48,795 nucleotides of DNA, taken from assembly GCA_029821145.1 (NCBI GenBank), contig JALGTY010000001.1, positions 1-48,795 on the forward strand. The letters run 5' to 3'. A model generated the notes under the pieces. The model ran no database searches and was not told the origin of the DNA. It was given only the letters and a program-made list of their open reading frames with translations. The position numbers and the translations under genes were made by a program. Below, in pieces: positions 8,034-17,687 of the stretch (positions are counted from its first letter, which is position 1; each line of letters opens with the position of its first letter). The DNA is from Candidatus Zipacnadia bacterium. GTDB taxonomy: Bacteria > Armatimonadota > Zipacnadia > Zipacnadales > UBA11051.

Positions 8034-9713
8034 CTAGTCCCATACGTTGAACACCTGCAGAAGCCATAAGTTCTCCCGGATGTAGTCCCACATGGTCTTG
8101 CCCTTACGCGCCACCACCGGCGGGAAGTAAATGATGTCACCCGCCTGCACGGTCACATCGGGGGGAAGCTGTCCCTCCTTGATCTTGGACATATCTATCT
8201 TGGTCACTTCCGTCTCGCCTGTCTCCTTGACTCTCACCAACGAGCCGACCGAGTGGCCGAAGCCCGCGCCCAACGCCGCCGTACTGAGGTAATCAAACAG
8301 CGACAGATCCGGGTCGTACGGATACACTCCGGGCCTCCCAAACGCGCCGAGCAGATACACCTTTTCGGCATCGTTGACAATCACCACATCGCCGGGCTGC
8401 AGTTGGACATCCCCTGACATATCCCCTTCTTCCTCGATTTTCTTGATGTCAACCGTCATCTGCTGCCCGCCGCGATAGACCTGCACTTTGCGCAAATCTG
8501 CCTTCTCCGTCGGACCGGCCATCATCACTATCTTCAGCACGCCCGTATTGCGCATATTCGCGATGCTGACAGACCCGACGTTGGTGAGCGCGCCAAGCAG
8601 CACAATCTCCTCGGGCTCTTTTTCAGGCACGATGAGTGTATCGCCCGCTTGCAGAGCGATATCCTTGCTCATGTCCCCTTCTTTCCACAGGCTTTCGAGG
8701 TCCACGGGGATGTATTCGCCATCGCGGAAGATGCTGGCCTCGGCAAGGCCGGAGCTCTCATTAAAGCCACCCGCACGGATGATTGCCTCAGTAACCTTGA
8801 TCGGCTCTGGCGAATAGAACGTCGTAGGAGAGTTCACTTGGCCCACTACGGCTATCTGGTTGGCCTTCTGTATCAGCAGCACGTCCCCGCCCTGCAACTC
8901 GTGATTCTGCGACACATCGCCATCCTTGATAAGGGCCCGCAGGTTTATCCTGATCGGCTGGTCCAGGCCCTTGCGCAACAGCAGTGCCGCGTTGGTGTCG
9001 GCCTCTACAGCAAAGCCCTCACCCACTCTGGCAATTGCCTCCAGTACCGTCAGCCGTTCGCCTGTTGGCAGTGTCAGTGAGCCGGGCTGCTTGACTTCGC
9101 CGAGGACGGATATGATGCTATCAAGGCGCGGTACGTATATGACGTCACCGTACTGCACCGGCACCGGCGCGCCCAGGACTCTACCATCTCGCAAGCCGCT
9201 CAGGTCAATCTCCAGCGGCTGTTCCCCTCTCCGGCTGAGGCGCACCTTACTCAAATCAGCGCGTGCCTGCGACTGAGCCGTGACCACGGCGTCTCGTACG
9301 TTCGACCCGGGTCGTAGCATCACGGCGCCCTTGTTCTCCACATACCCGCTCACGAATACCTTCCGCGCCGACTTGACTTCATCAATGGCGACGGTGACGA
9401 ACGGAGCACGAATTATCTGCGCCAGTTGCTTGCGCAGCAGATCGCGTACCTCGGCAAGCGTTTTGCCTACTACCGCGACCTGCCCGACCATTGCCATCGG
9501 AATCGTACCGCCGGCACCCACCAGGTAGGTGCCGGTGAGCACTTCCTCATCAAAGACATAGATCAACAGCGCATCGCCCTCCTGGACCGTGTAATCTGCC
9601 GCAGGCGCGTCAGCATGCGCTGGCAAGCAGCACGTCAGCAGCCACGCATGTGCAAGTACGGTCAATGCTAGTGCAATCTGAAGCCTGGTTAGTTTCTGCA
9701 GTGTATTGTGCAT
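8034..9713 (-). CDS. Polysaccharide biosynthesis/export (Wza-like) protein with multiple SLBB domains
   Basis: Signal peptide, Poly_export domain (YTVQEGDALLIYV..GTIPMAMVGQVAVVGKT), repeated SLBB units (VLGEVKQPG, VVGQVNSP, LQAGDTLIVP, LQPGDVVIV). SD GGAGGA. Confidence 0.85.
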   Translation of the reverse strand: MHNTLQKLTRLQIALALTVLAHAWLLTCCLPAHADAPAADYTVQEGDALLIYVFDEEVLTGTYLVGAGGTIPMAMVGQVAVVGKTLAEVRDLLRKQLAQIIRAPFVTVAIDEVKSARKVFVSGYVENKGAVMLRPGSNVRDAVVTAQSQARADLSKVRLSRRGEQPLEIDLSGLRDGRVLGAPVPVQYGDVIYVPRLDSIISVLGEVKQPGSLTLPTGERLTVLEAIARVGEGFAVEADTNAALLLRKGLDQPIRINLRALIKDGDVSQNHELQGGDVLLIQKANQIAVVGQVNSPTTFYSPEPIKVTEAIIRAGGFNESSGLAEASIFRDGEYIPVDLESLWKEGDMSKDIALQAGDTLIVPEKEPEEIVLLGALTNVGSVSIANMRNTGVLKIVMMAGPTEKADLRKVQVYRGGQQMTVDIKKIEEEGDMSGDVQLQPGDVVIVNDAEKVYLLGAFGRPGVYPYDPDLSLFDYLSTAALGAGFGHSVGSLVRVKETGETEVTKIDMSKIKEGQLPPDVTVQAGDIIYFPPVVARKGKTMWDYIRENLWLLQVFNVWD

Positions 9714-9790
9714 CTTTTCTCCTCCGTCCTGTGTACTGGTACTACCGCAAAGCAACGCCCAACTGGCCAATGCGCACCTATTATCACATC

Positions 9791-9820
9791 ATTTTAGGCA
9801 TTAGTCTAACACGGTGTCAA
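9791..9820 (-). promoter_or_regulatory. Sigma70-type promoter for the SLBB gene
   Basis: Minus strand TTGACA-N18-TAAAAT. Confidence 0.55.
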
Positions 9821-9869
9821 GCAGACAGCGCCACGCCCGTCCGTCCCCTATACAACAGACGGCCATTGC

Positions 9870-9878
9870 TGCTATAAT
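9870..9878 (+). promoter_or_regulatory. Extended -10 element for the PBP1A operon
   Basis: TGcTATAAT 18 nt upstream of ATG 9896. Confidence 0.5.
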
Positions 9879-9895
9879 AGCGGTTGGTGGTCTGT

Positions 9896-12373
9896 ATGGC
9901 AAAACGCACGTGGATACGCAAATACACTGCATTTCTAAGGTACATCAACGTTGTCGTGCTGGCCTGTTGCTTCATCGGCACTGGACTAGTCGCAGGCGGG
10001 CTGTTGGCCGTTCGCGAATCTCTGCCAGACGCCGAGGAACTGATTGCCTACCGCCCACGGCTGACCACCGAGATATACTCCACTGAGATTGACGCCGAGG
10101 GCAATACCAGCCATACGCTACTCGGCCGGGTCTTCAAGGAAGATCGCGAACCGGTTGATCTGCAGAAGATACCACTGCATCTTCGCCGGGCCACTATCGC
10201 CATCGAGGACCGCCCCTACTACCAGCACCGAGGCGTTGACCCCAAGGGCATCCTGCGTGCGGCGTGGGTCAACCTACACGAGCGCAGCTTGCGCCAGGGC
10301 GGCAGCACCATCACCCAGCAGCTCGTGCGCAACATGTGGCTTACCCGCAAGAAGACGCTTGACCGCAAGATACGGGAGGCAATCCTCGCCCTGGAGCTTG
10401 AGCGCCGGTATTCCAAAGACGAAATGCTGGAGATGTATCTCAATGAAGTCTATTACGGCCATGGCGCTTATGGCGTCAAGGTCGCAGCACACATGTTTTT
10501 CGACAAGAATGTCAGCGACCTGTCACTGGCCGAGGCGACGCTGTTAGCCGGTCTGCCCCGTTCGCCGCTGTCTTGCAGCCCCTATCGCCATCCGCAGAAA
10601 GCCAAGCAGCGGCGACGCCACGTGCTTCACGCCATGGTCGAGATGGGCTATATCACCTCCGCACAGGCGGCGAAGGCCGATCAGCACCAGATTCAGGCCA
10701 ACCTCGCGCCGCTTCAAGAGCGCGGAATCACCGCCTTCAGAGCGCCATATTTTACCCACCTGGTCGTACGCCAGCTTTGTGAACAGTACGGCGTGGCAGC
10801 CGTTTATGAGGGCGGCTTGCGCATCTATACCACCCTCGATATGAGGCTGCAGAAGATCGCCGAGGAGGAACTCACCAAAGGCGTCGAGTCCCTACGCAGT
10901 CGCCGACGAATGAAGGGAGGGCTCGTCGGCCAGGGCGCACTGGCTGCCGTGGAAGTCGCCACCGGTGACGTGCTGGCGATAGTCGGCGGCGTGGGCGATT
11001 ACGAAGACGTTCAATACAATCGCGCGTATGCCGGACCGCCACTGTACGGCCGACAGCCGGGATCGTCATTCAAGCCATACGTATGGGCCACAGCACTGGA
11101 AAAGGGCTATGGGCCAAGCTCCACGTTCAGCGGCTCGGCGATAAGCATTCGCACCGGTCCGGGCAAGTACTGGAGTCCCAAGAATTACTCGCCGAGACAG
11201 GGCGGTAACTACACTCTGCGCTGGGCGCTGGCCCAATCGGTCAATCTCGTCTCGGTGCGCATAGTCCGTAAGCTTGGGGCCAAGACGATCCAGAAAGCCG
11301 CCGCACAGATGATGGGCTTGCCCGAGGAGCGGCTGCGCGCGGTGCCGGCCATCGCCTTGGGCACCTCGGAGTTGGCCCCGCTGGAGCAAGCAGTCGGCTA
11401 TTGCACCTTCGCCAGCGGTGGGCTGTACACCAAGCCACGCCTGATTCGACGCATCGAAAACGCACACGGCGAGACACTGGTTACTTTCAGACCAGAGCGC
11501 AAGCGCGTCATCAAGAAGGCGACGGCCATCAGCATGATCTCGATGATGCGTACGGTGGTCACCTCCGGCACCGGCAGACGGGCGGCGGTTTCCGGCTACC
11601 CGATATGCGGCAAGACGGGCACGACGCAGAGAGGCCGTGATGCCTGGTGGGTAGGCTACAGCCCGGATCTGTCTTGTGCGGTGTGGGTTGGCAATGATGA
11701 TTACACACCGATGCGCGGCTCCTCCGGCGGCGGCTTTTGCGCTCCGATATTTGCCAAGTTCATGGCCCAGGCGTTGAAACTGCGCGGCTACAACGGTAAA
11801 TACCCGGAGGGCGCAGGGGCGAAGGCCACCAGACGCAGCCAGCCGGAGAAAGAAGAAGAAAAGGAGGAGGAAGAAGACAAGGAGCGGCCAGGTGGCACTA
11901 TTACAGTATGCACTACCAGCGGCGGTCGGGCGACGCCTTATTGCCCCAGTACCGTCGAAAGAGTCTTAGGCCCCGGCGAATCGCCGCCCTCGCCCTGCCG
12001 CATCCATGGCCCCGCCTCCTCAGGCCACGCATCCGAAAGGCCCGCCCCCGGACCCAGCTCGCCGGCAGACGAAACTGGCAGCCGCACAGTCACTGTGTGT
12101 ACCCAATCCGGACAACTGGCCGGGCCCTACTGCCCGCAGACCGTGGAGCGCACTTTCGCCGGCGGCGGGCCAACGGGGACTTGCACATTGCACGGCCCGC
12201 CGAGCAACTCATCTCCCAAACCACCGCCTGCCACGGACACTACCGCCGACACAATTGAGAAGCCTGGGACGCCGCCTGCCACACCTGGAGATGCTCACAG
12301 CGATGCGCCGAAGCCTGAGCCGAAACCCGAGGCCGACGACGAAAAGCCACTCAAGCCGCCGGGCGAACAATGA
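9896..12373 (+). CDS. Class A penicillin-binding protein (PBP1A family)
   Basis: TM anchor; transglycosylase motifs EDRPYYQHRG, GGSTITQQL, RKIRE, KDEMLEMYLN; transpeptidase SSFK, SVN, KTG; Cys/His-repeat and Pro-rich tail. Confidence 0.93.
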   Translation: MAKRTWIRKYTAFLRYINVVVLACCFIGTGLVAGGLLAVRESLPDAEELIAYRPRLTTEIYSTEIDAEGNTSHTLLGRVFKEDREPVDLQKIPLHLRRATIAIEDRPYYQHRGVDPKGILRAAWVNLHERSLRQGGSTITQQLVRNMWLTRKKTLDRKIREAILALELERRYSKDEMLEMYLNEVYYGHGAYGVKVAAHMFFDKNVSDLSLAEATLLAGLPRSPLSCSPYRHPQKAKQRRRHVLHAMVEMGYITSAQAAKADQHQIQANLAPLQERGITAFRAPYFTHLVVRQLCEQYGVAAVYEGGLRIYTTLDMRLQKIAEEELTKGVESLRSRRRMKGGLVGQGALAAVEVATGDVLAIVGGVGDYEDVQYNRAYAGPPLYGRQPGSSFKPYVWATALEKGYGPSSTFSGSAISIRTGPGKYWSPKNYSPRQGGNYTLRWALAQSVNLVSVRIVRKLGAKTIQKAAAQMMGLPEERLRAVPAIALGTSELAPLEQAVGYCTFASGGLYTKPRLIRRIENAHGETLVTFRPERKRVIKKATAISMISMMRTVVTSGTGRRAAVSGYPICGKTGTTQRGRDAWWVGYSPDLSCAVWVGNDDYTPMRGSSGGGFCAPIFAKFMAQALKLRGYNGKYPEGAGAKATRRSQPEKEEEKEEEEDKERPGGTITVCTTSGGRATPYCPSTVERVLGPGESPPSPCRIHGPASSGHASERPAPGPSSPADETGSRTVTVCTQSGQLAGPYCPQTVERTFAGGGPTGTCTLHGPPSNSSPKPPPATDTTADTIEKPGTPPATPGDAHSDAPKPEPKPEADDEKPLKPPGEQ

Positions 12374-12424
12374 GCCTTCCCCTGCACTGCGCACTGACAA
12401 CGCTACTGCCGTTTTGCTGATTAC

Positions 12425-14389
12425 ATGGCCGTAGCGGACCGATTGACTCTCATGGACAAACCTACCACAAATACACGTATTGCGGGGCTGGGCGGATTCT
12501 TCGGCCTGGTTCTGTTGGCTCTCATCGTGCGCCTGTGGACGCTGCAGGTGGCTAACTGGGTCCCTTACGCGAAGCAGGCGCAGAAGAATCGCTTCACAGA
12601 GATCTCCAGCCCTGCCCCGCGTGGCTTGATTCTCGACTGCAATGGCGAGGTCCTGGCGGACAACCACTACACCTGGCATGTCGAGGTGATTCCCAAGGAC
12701 CTACCTTCGCGCGAAGATGACCTGGAAAAGGAAGTCGCGATACTGGCCGGCATCCTGGGCGACACTTCGGCTGCCGAGTTGCGCGAGCATTTTGAGAAGA
12801 TCAAGTCAACGCAGATGCAGGCGCTACCTCTACCCGGCGGCGAGGACGTGCCCTTCCGAGTTGTGGCCCAGGTCGAAGAGCGCGCGCCAGAGTTGCCTGG
12901 TGTCCGCATTGCAGAATGTGCTCGTCGCCATTACCCTCACGCCTCGCTGGCCGCACACGTCTTGGGCTATGCCCGCAGCATCAGTAGCATCCCGAAAGAG
13001 CAGGCCGACATCTGCAAGTCTCTGCCTTATCCCGATGATGCGCTCAATGGGCCCAACCAGTCACCAAAGCCTGAGGGCATCGAGGCGATGCCGATATACG
13101 GAAACGACTCCATCGTCGGCCAGACCGGCGTCGAGCAATCGTGTGAGCTGGACACCAACACTGCGCCGGCCGTGCCGATACTACAGGGCCGCCGCAGCCG
13201 CACCGTCTATGAAGTGGATCGCCTCAACAATCCAGTGCGCCTGGTTTACCAGGAGGAGGCAGCACCGGGAGCCACAGTCTATCTCACGATTGATGCCCGC
13301 GTGCAGAAGGTAGCCGAAGCCGCCCTGGCAAACGCTATCAGGACCACCACCGGCAAGACTGGTGGCGCGGTGTGTCTCGACCTTGAGACCGGCGGCGTGG
13401 TGGCGATGGCCAGCTATCCCACATTCGACCCCAACGGCTGGGTCAGAGGCTGGTCCGACGAAGAGTTCAAGGCTTTGAACGAGGACTCGCGCAAGCCGCT
13501 TTTCAACAAGGTCATCGGCGGGCAGTATGCGCCCGCATCCACCTTCAAAATGGTCTCGGCAACCGCAGCTCTGGAGACTACACAGATCAAGACCACCACC
13601 ACCTATCTCTGTAGAGGCATCATCCACGAAGGCACCAAGCACCAGCCCTTCAAGTGCTGGCAGCGCAAGGGCCACGGCCGTGTGGATTTCTACCGGGCCA
13701 TCGCTGAGTCGTGTGACGTGTATTTCTATGAAATGGTTCGCAAGTCCGGTCTCACCAGCAGCGCCATTGCTCGGCACGCCCGGCTGTTCGGCTTCGGCGA
13801 ACCGACCGGCCTGGGGCTGACCGGCAGTGCTTGCGGACTTGTGCCAACCAAGGAATACAAGCGCAGCAATACGGGCGATGACTGGCGCACCGGCGATACG
13901 CTCAACATGGTCATCGGCCAGGGCTATCTGTCCTCAACTCCATTGCAGGTAGCTATAGCCACCGCAGTCGTGGCTACCGACGGCGAGGTGATCGAGCCTA
14001 CCGTCGTCCGCAAGATCGCCTGGCCGCATCACATGCACCACGAGCCGACTACTTTCGAGCGCAAGGTTCGTCGCCGCCTTGAATTGAGGCCTGACACTCT
14101 GGCTTCGGTGCGTGCCGGCATGCGTCGGGCGGTGACTTATCGCAACGGCACGGCCCGCCTGCTCGATGCCTTGCCTTTTTCGTGCGCCGCCAAGACCGGT
14201 TCTGCCGAGCATGACAAGCGCCTGCACACTCACGCCTGGATTACGGCCTTTGCACCCTACAGCGACCCGCGCTTTGTCGTGACCGTGCTAGTCTCTGAAG
14301 GCGGCTATGGCAGTTCTACAGCCGGGCCCGTAGCGCGTGACATTCTCGCCGCGGCTATGGCAGCGAAAGACAAGCCTGTGAGTGATTAA
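12425..14389 (+). CDS. mrdA: Penicillin-binding protein 2 (class B)
   Basis: RLWTLQV, PAPRGLILD, RHYP..LAAHVLGY, LTIDARVQ, STFK, SCD, KTG. Alternative start 12452. Confidence 0.88.
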   Translation: MAVADRLTLMDKPTTNTRIAGLGGFFGLVLLALIVRLWTLQVANWVPYAKQAQKNRFTEISSPAPRGLILDCNGEVLADNHYTWHVEVIPKDLPSREDDLEKEVAILAGILGDTSAAELREHFEKIKSTQMQALPLPGGEDVPFRVVAQVEERAPELPGVRIAECARRHYPHASLAAHVLGYARSISSIPKEQADICKSLPYPDDALNGPNQSPKPEGIEAMPIYGNDSIVGQTGVEQSCELDTNTAPAVPILQGRRSRTVYEVDRLNNPVRLVYQEEAAPGATVYLTIDARVQKVAEAALANAIRTTTGKTGGAVCLDLETGGVVAMASYPTFDPNGWVRGWSDEEFKALNEDSRKPLFNKVIGGQYAPASTFKMVSATAALETTQIKTTTTYLCRGIIHEGTKHQPFKCWQRKGHGRVDFYRAIAESCDVYFYEMVRKSGLTSSAIARHARLFGFGEPTGLGLTGSACGLVPTKEYKRSNTGDDWRTGDTLNMVIGQGYLSSTPLQVAIATAVVATDGEVIEPTVVRKIAWPHHMHHEPTTFERKVRRRLELRPDTLASVRAGMRRAVTYRNGTARLLDALPFSCAAKTGSAEHDKRLHTHAWITAFAPYSDPRFVVTVLVSEGGYGSSTAGPVARDILAAAMAAKDKPVSD

Positions 14390-14404
14390 TGAAACGGTCT
14401 CAAT

Positions 14405-15463
14405 ATGCTTTTGGGAAACGCTGACAAGCAGCGCTACAACGATTTCGTCGCCGCGTGTGAGTACGGCAATTTCCTGCAAACCTGGGAATGGGGCGAGCTG
14501 AAGTCCCGCACCGGCTGGCAGCCGTACCGCATCGCCATAGAAGAAGGCGGCCGAATTAACGCGACCGTGCAAATTCTCAAGCGCCCGGTGCCTGGTCTTG
14601 GCCGCTGTCTATTCTACAGCCCGCGAGGGCCGCTACATGACCTCAGCCGGCCACGCGTTTTCGAACTCCTTGTCGAGCAGGTCAACGCGTTGGCCACAGA
14701 GCACGGGGCAATGGCCTATAAGATTGACCCGGCGATTCCAGGCGACAACTCGGAGTACGTCCGGATGCTGCGCGACTGCGGCTTTTCTCCTGCGCCGACC
14801 TCCGATGAGAGCTTCGGTGGCATCCAGCCCCGCTATGTGATGCAGGTTGATGTAACCCCACCGGAAGATGAGATTCTGGCCCGCTTCAAGAACAAATGGC
14901 GTTACAATGTCCGCCTCGCACAGCGCAAGGGCATAGCCATTAGCAGCGGTTGCCCCCGCGAGGAGGTCGCTGTCTTCTACCGGCTTCTGCTTGAGACGGC
15001 CGAGCGCGACGGCTTTATGGTGCGCGCCGAAAGCTACTTTTACGATATTTACGACCTGCTGATATCCGCCGGTTTAGGTGGGCTTTTTCTTGCCAGATTG
15101 GAGGACGAGCCGATCGCCGGCGCGATTAGCTTCACCGTGGGCAAGCGCGCCTGGTACGTCTATGGCGCTTCCAGCAACAAGCATCGGAACAAGATGCCTA
15201 ATCACCTGATGCAGTGGGAAATGATGCGCTGGGCCAAGGCGCGTGGCTGCGAGATTTATGACATGCGCGGTGTTGTGCACCAGGACAACAAGGCTAGCCC
15301 GCTATATGGCCTCAATCGCTTCAAGGAAGGGTTTGCCGCCCGCCATGTAGAATACCTCGGCGAGTGGGACCTGATCTACTCGCCGGCATGGTATCGTTTG
15401 CTCAACATCGCCGAGCCGGCGGTGCGCAAGCTGCGCCTGTTCCTTGCCGGTCTGAAGAAGTAA
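14405..15463 (+). CDS. FemAB/FemX family lipid II:amino-acid ligase
   Basis: FLQTWEWGELK, YSPRGP, KWRYNVRLAQRKG, YVYGAS, PNHLMQWEMM, GLNRFKEGF, EYLGEWD. Confidence 0.9.
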   Translation: MLLGNADKQRYNDFVAACEYGNFLQTWEWGELKSRTGWQPYRIAIEEGGRINATVQILKRPVPGLGRCLFYSPRGPLHDLSRPRVFELLVEQVNALATEHGAMAYKIDPAIPGDNSEYVRMLRDCGFSPAPTSDESFGGIQPRYVMQVDVTPPEDEILARFKNKWRYNVRLAQRKGIAISSGCPREEVAVFYRLLLETAERDGFMVRAESYFYDIYDLLISAGLGGLFLARLEDEPIAGAISFTVGKRAWYVYGASSNKHRNKMPNHLMQWEMMRWAKARGCEIYDMRGVVHQDNKASPLYGLNRFKEGFAARHVEYLGEWDLIYSPAWYRLLNIAEPAVRKLRLFLAGLKK

Positions 15464-15509
15464 CTGTCAGTCGAAGCCGAACCGAAGGCCCAACCAAACG
15501 GTTGGCGAG

Positions 15510-15893
15510 GTGGACGCGAAGCGTCTTCAGGAGGTTGCAACGGTGCAAAACTCCGAATCGCTGTCTGAACTTCTCAAGCAATTCATGCGCGGCATGACCA
15601 ACTACCTGCGGGCTGTGATCACCGACTTCGCCATCTCCTCCGGCAAGAAGATGGCCCTATTTGCCGTCGCGCTTACGTGCCTGGTGCTGGCGCTCATTTA
15701 CCTGTCCATAGGTCTGATCAACTGGCTGACAATGTACTTCCTTTCCCCTGCCCCGCCGTACTTCATCGTGGCCCTGATGCTGCTGATCGCGGCCGCGATC
15801 ATGATCATGGTGGCGGGCAGGAAGAAGCCGAAAGATGATGATGATGGCGAAGACAAAGAAGAGAAAGAAGAAGAAACCAGCGCCGAAGCCTGA
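15510..15893 (+). CDS. Small two-TM membrane protein (holin-X/DUF1469-like)
   Basis: Helical N-terminus, two hydrophobic helices, acidic tail; GTG start. Confidence 0.55.
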   Translation: MDAKRLQEVATVQNSESLSELLKQFMRGMTNYLRAVITDFAISSGKKMALFAVALTCLVLALIYLSIGLINWLTMYFLSPAPPYFIVALMLLIAAAIMIMVAGRKKPKDDDDGEDKEEKEEETSAEA

Positions 15894-16215
15894 GGCTGCG
15901 CTTGAGGAACTCGGCCAGGTCATTGACCGCCTGGAGGCTCAGATCAAGAGCCGGGCCACGCAGATGACACAGAGTCTGCGTCCGAGGCCTGCTACTATCC
16001 TGGCTGTGGCTGGTGTTGCCGCCGTCGCAGTTGGCGTCTGGCTGATGGTGTCGCGAGGCCGCGCCGTCCAAAGCACCGAGCAGACGACCGCTGCCAACGC
16101 CGATAGCCACAGCCGCGGACAGGTTCTCGCGAGAGTACTGGGCAAGGGCCTTGCCGCCGGTCTGAAGGCAATGGCAAAAAGCCGGCAGCGCTCCCCTGAG
16201 GCAATAGAAAAGTAA
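15844..16215 (+). CDS. Hypothetical membrane-anchored protein (DUF3618/ElaB-like partner of the holin-like gene)
   Basis: Basic N-terminus, amphipathic helix ELGQVIDRLEAQI, RPATILAVAGVAAVAVGVWL TM segment. Start uncertain (15835-15844). Confidence 0.5.
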   Translation: MAKTKKRKKKKPAPKPEAALEELGQVIDRLEAQIKSRATQMTQSLRPRPATILAVAGVAAVAVGVWLMVSRGRAVQSTEQTTAANADSHSRGQVLARVLGKGLAAGLKAMAKSRQRSPEAIEK

Positions 16216-16250
16216 GAGGGCGAGGCCACATCACCGCAAAGAGGTCACTT

Positions 16251-17654
16251 ATGCAACAGTTAATGGAACGGATTATCCAGGCGGCGCTCGACAAGGGCGC
16301 TGATTTCGCCGATCTGCGCATTAGCAACGGCGCTGCCACGGCGATTGGGGTGGAAGACGGCCGCGCCGATAAGATCTCTACCGCTCGCTCCCGCGGCGCC
16401 GGCCTGCGCGTGCTGGTAGATGGCGCATGGGGCTTCGCCCCCACCAACCGGCCCGACGAGACCGAGTTGCTGCGCTGTGTGGAGGATGCGACTGCGATGG
16501 CGAAGGCCGCCAGCTCTCACGTCACCGACCCGGGCATTGTCGCCGAAATCGAGCCTGCCCACGGCGAGGTGGGCAAGCCGCCTCGCATCCGCCCTGACCA
16601 GGTGCCGCTGGAGGACCGCGTGGACCGCGTGTTCGAGCTTGAAAGGGCCGCGCGCAGTTATGAGCCGGCGAAGATCACCAACACCATCGCCAGCTACGCC
16701 GACGGCTCTGGCGAGATGTTCCTGGCCAACAGCCTCGGCACCTTTCTGCACTACGAAAGCACCGGCACGTCCATCGGTGTGTCCGTGGTGGCCACCGATG
16801 GCGACACGCGCCAGCGCGCTGCCGAGCGCAAGGCCAACCGCACCGGGTACGAACTGATCGAGGACATGGACATCGAGGCCCTGGGCAAGAAGACCGCAAG
16901 GAAAGCGGTGGACCTGCTCAGCGCCGAGCGCGCACCTGCCGGCACCTTTGATGTCATCATTGACCACCGCATCTGCGGCCTGCTGGTGCACGAGGCCTTC
17001 GGGCACAATTCGGAGGCCGATGCGGTCTGGAGTGGCAACTCGATTCTGGCCGGCAAGCTTGGCGAGAAGGTCGCCGCTGAAGAGGTCACCATCATTGATG
17101 ATCCGACGCTCCCCGGGCTAAACGGCACCTTCGACTACGACCACGAGGGTGTACCTGCCCAGCGCCATGTCATCGTAGAAAATGGGATATTGAAGGGCTA
17201 TCTGCACAGCCTTGAGACGGCCGCACGTTTCGGCGTACAGCCGAGTGGTTCAGCCCGCGCCGACGGCCACCAGAGCGTCCCTATTGTCCGCATGAGCAAT
17301 ACTGCCATTGAACCCGGCAAATGGACGCTCGAGGAGATGATGGCCGAGATGGACGAGGGCTTGTATCTGAGCGGCGGCGGCTGGGGCTATGTTTTCACCG
17401 CCCAGGGACAGTTCACGTGCAATGTCGAAAACGCCTACACGATCAATAATGGCAAGCTGGGCACCCACTACCGCAATGTCTGCATCTCCGGCCTCACGCT
17501 GGACACTTTGCAGAAGGTTACCGCCGTGGGCGACGACTTGCAGTTCGAGCTTGGTGGCACGTGCGGCAAAAACGGCCAGAGCATGCCCGTTGACGCGGGC
17601 GGGCCACACGTGCGCATCTCGCAGGTGGTCGTCGGCGGCCAGGAAGCCCAGTAA
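16251..17654 (+). CDS. tldD: TldD metalloprotease (catalytic subunit)
   Basis: GAGLRVLVDGAWGFA, HEAFGHNSEAD zinc motif, YDHEG, PIVRMSNT, CGKNGQSMPV..GGPH. Confidence 0.93.
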   Translation: MQQLMERIIQAALDKGADFADLRISNGAATAIGVEDGRADKISTARSRGAGLRVLVDGAWGFAPTNRPDETELLRCVEDATAMAKAASSHVTDPGIVAEIEPAHGEVGKPPRIRPDQVPLEDRVDRVFELERAARSYEPAKITNTIASYADGSGEMFLANSLGTFLHYESTGTSIGVSVVATDGDTRQRAAERKANRTGYELIEDMDIEALGKKTARKAVDLLSAERAPAGTFDVIIDHRICGLLVHEAFGHNSEADAVWSGNSILAGKLGEKVAAEEVTIIDDPTLPGLNGTFDYDHEGVPAQRHVIVENGILKGYLHSLETAARFGVQPSGSARADGHQSVPIVRMSNTAIEPGKWTLEEMMAEMDEGLYLSGGGWGYVFTAQGQFTCNVENAYTINNGKLGTHYRNVCISGLTLDTLQKVTAVGDDLQFELGGTCGKNGQSMPVDAGGPHVRISQVVVGGQEAQ

Positions 17655-17687
17655 CAGTCAATTCGAAGAACGAAGACGGAGGACATC

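Noticed and set aside
14387-14407. TAATG coupling suggesting the FemAB gene starts at 14389 with a one-base slip
   Set aside because: ATG 14405 already yields a near-complete protein; there is no independent evidence for an indel.
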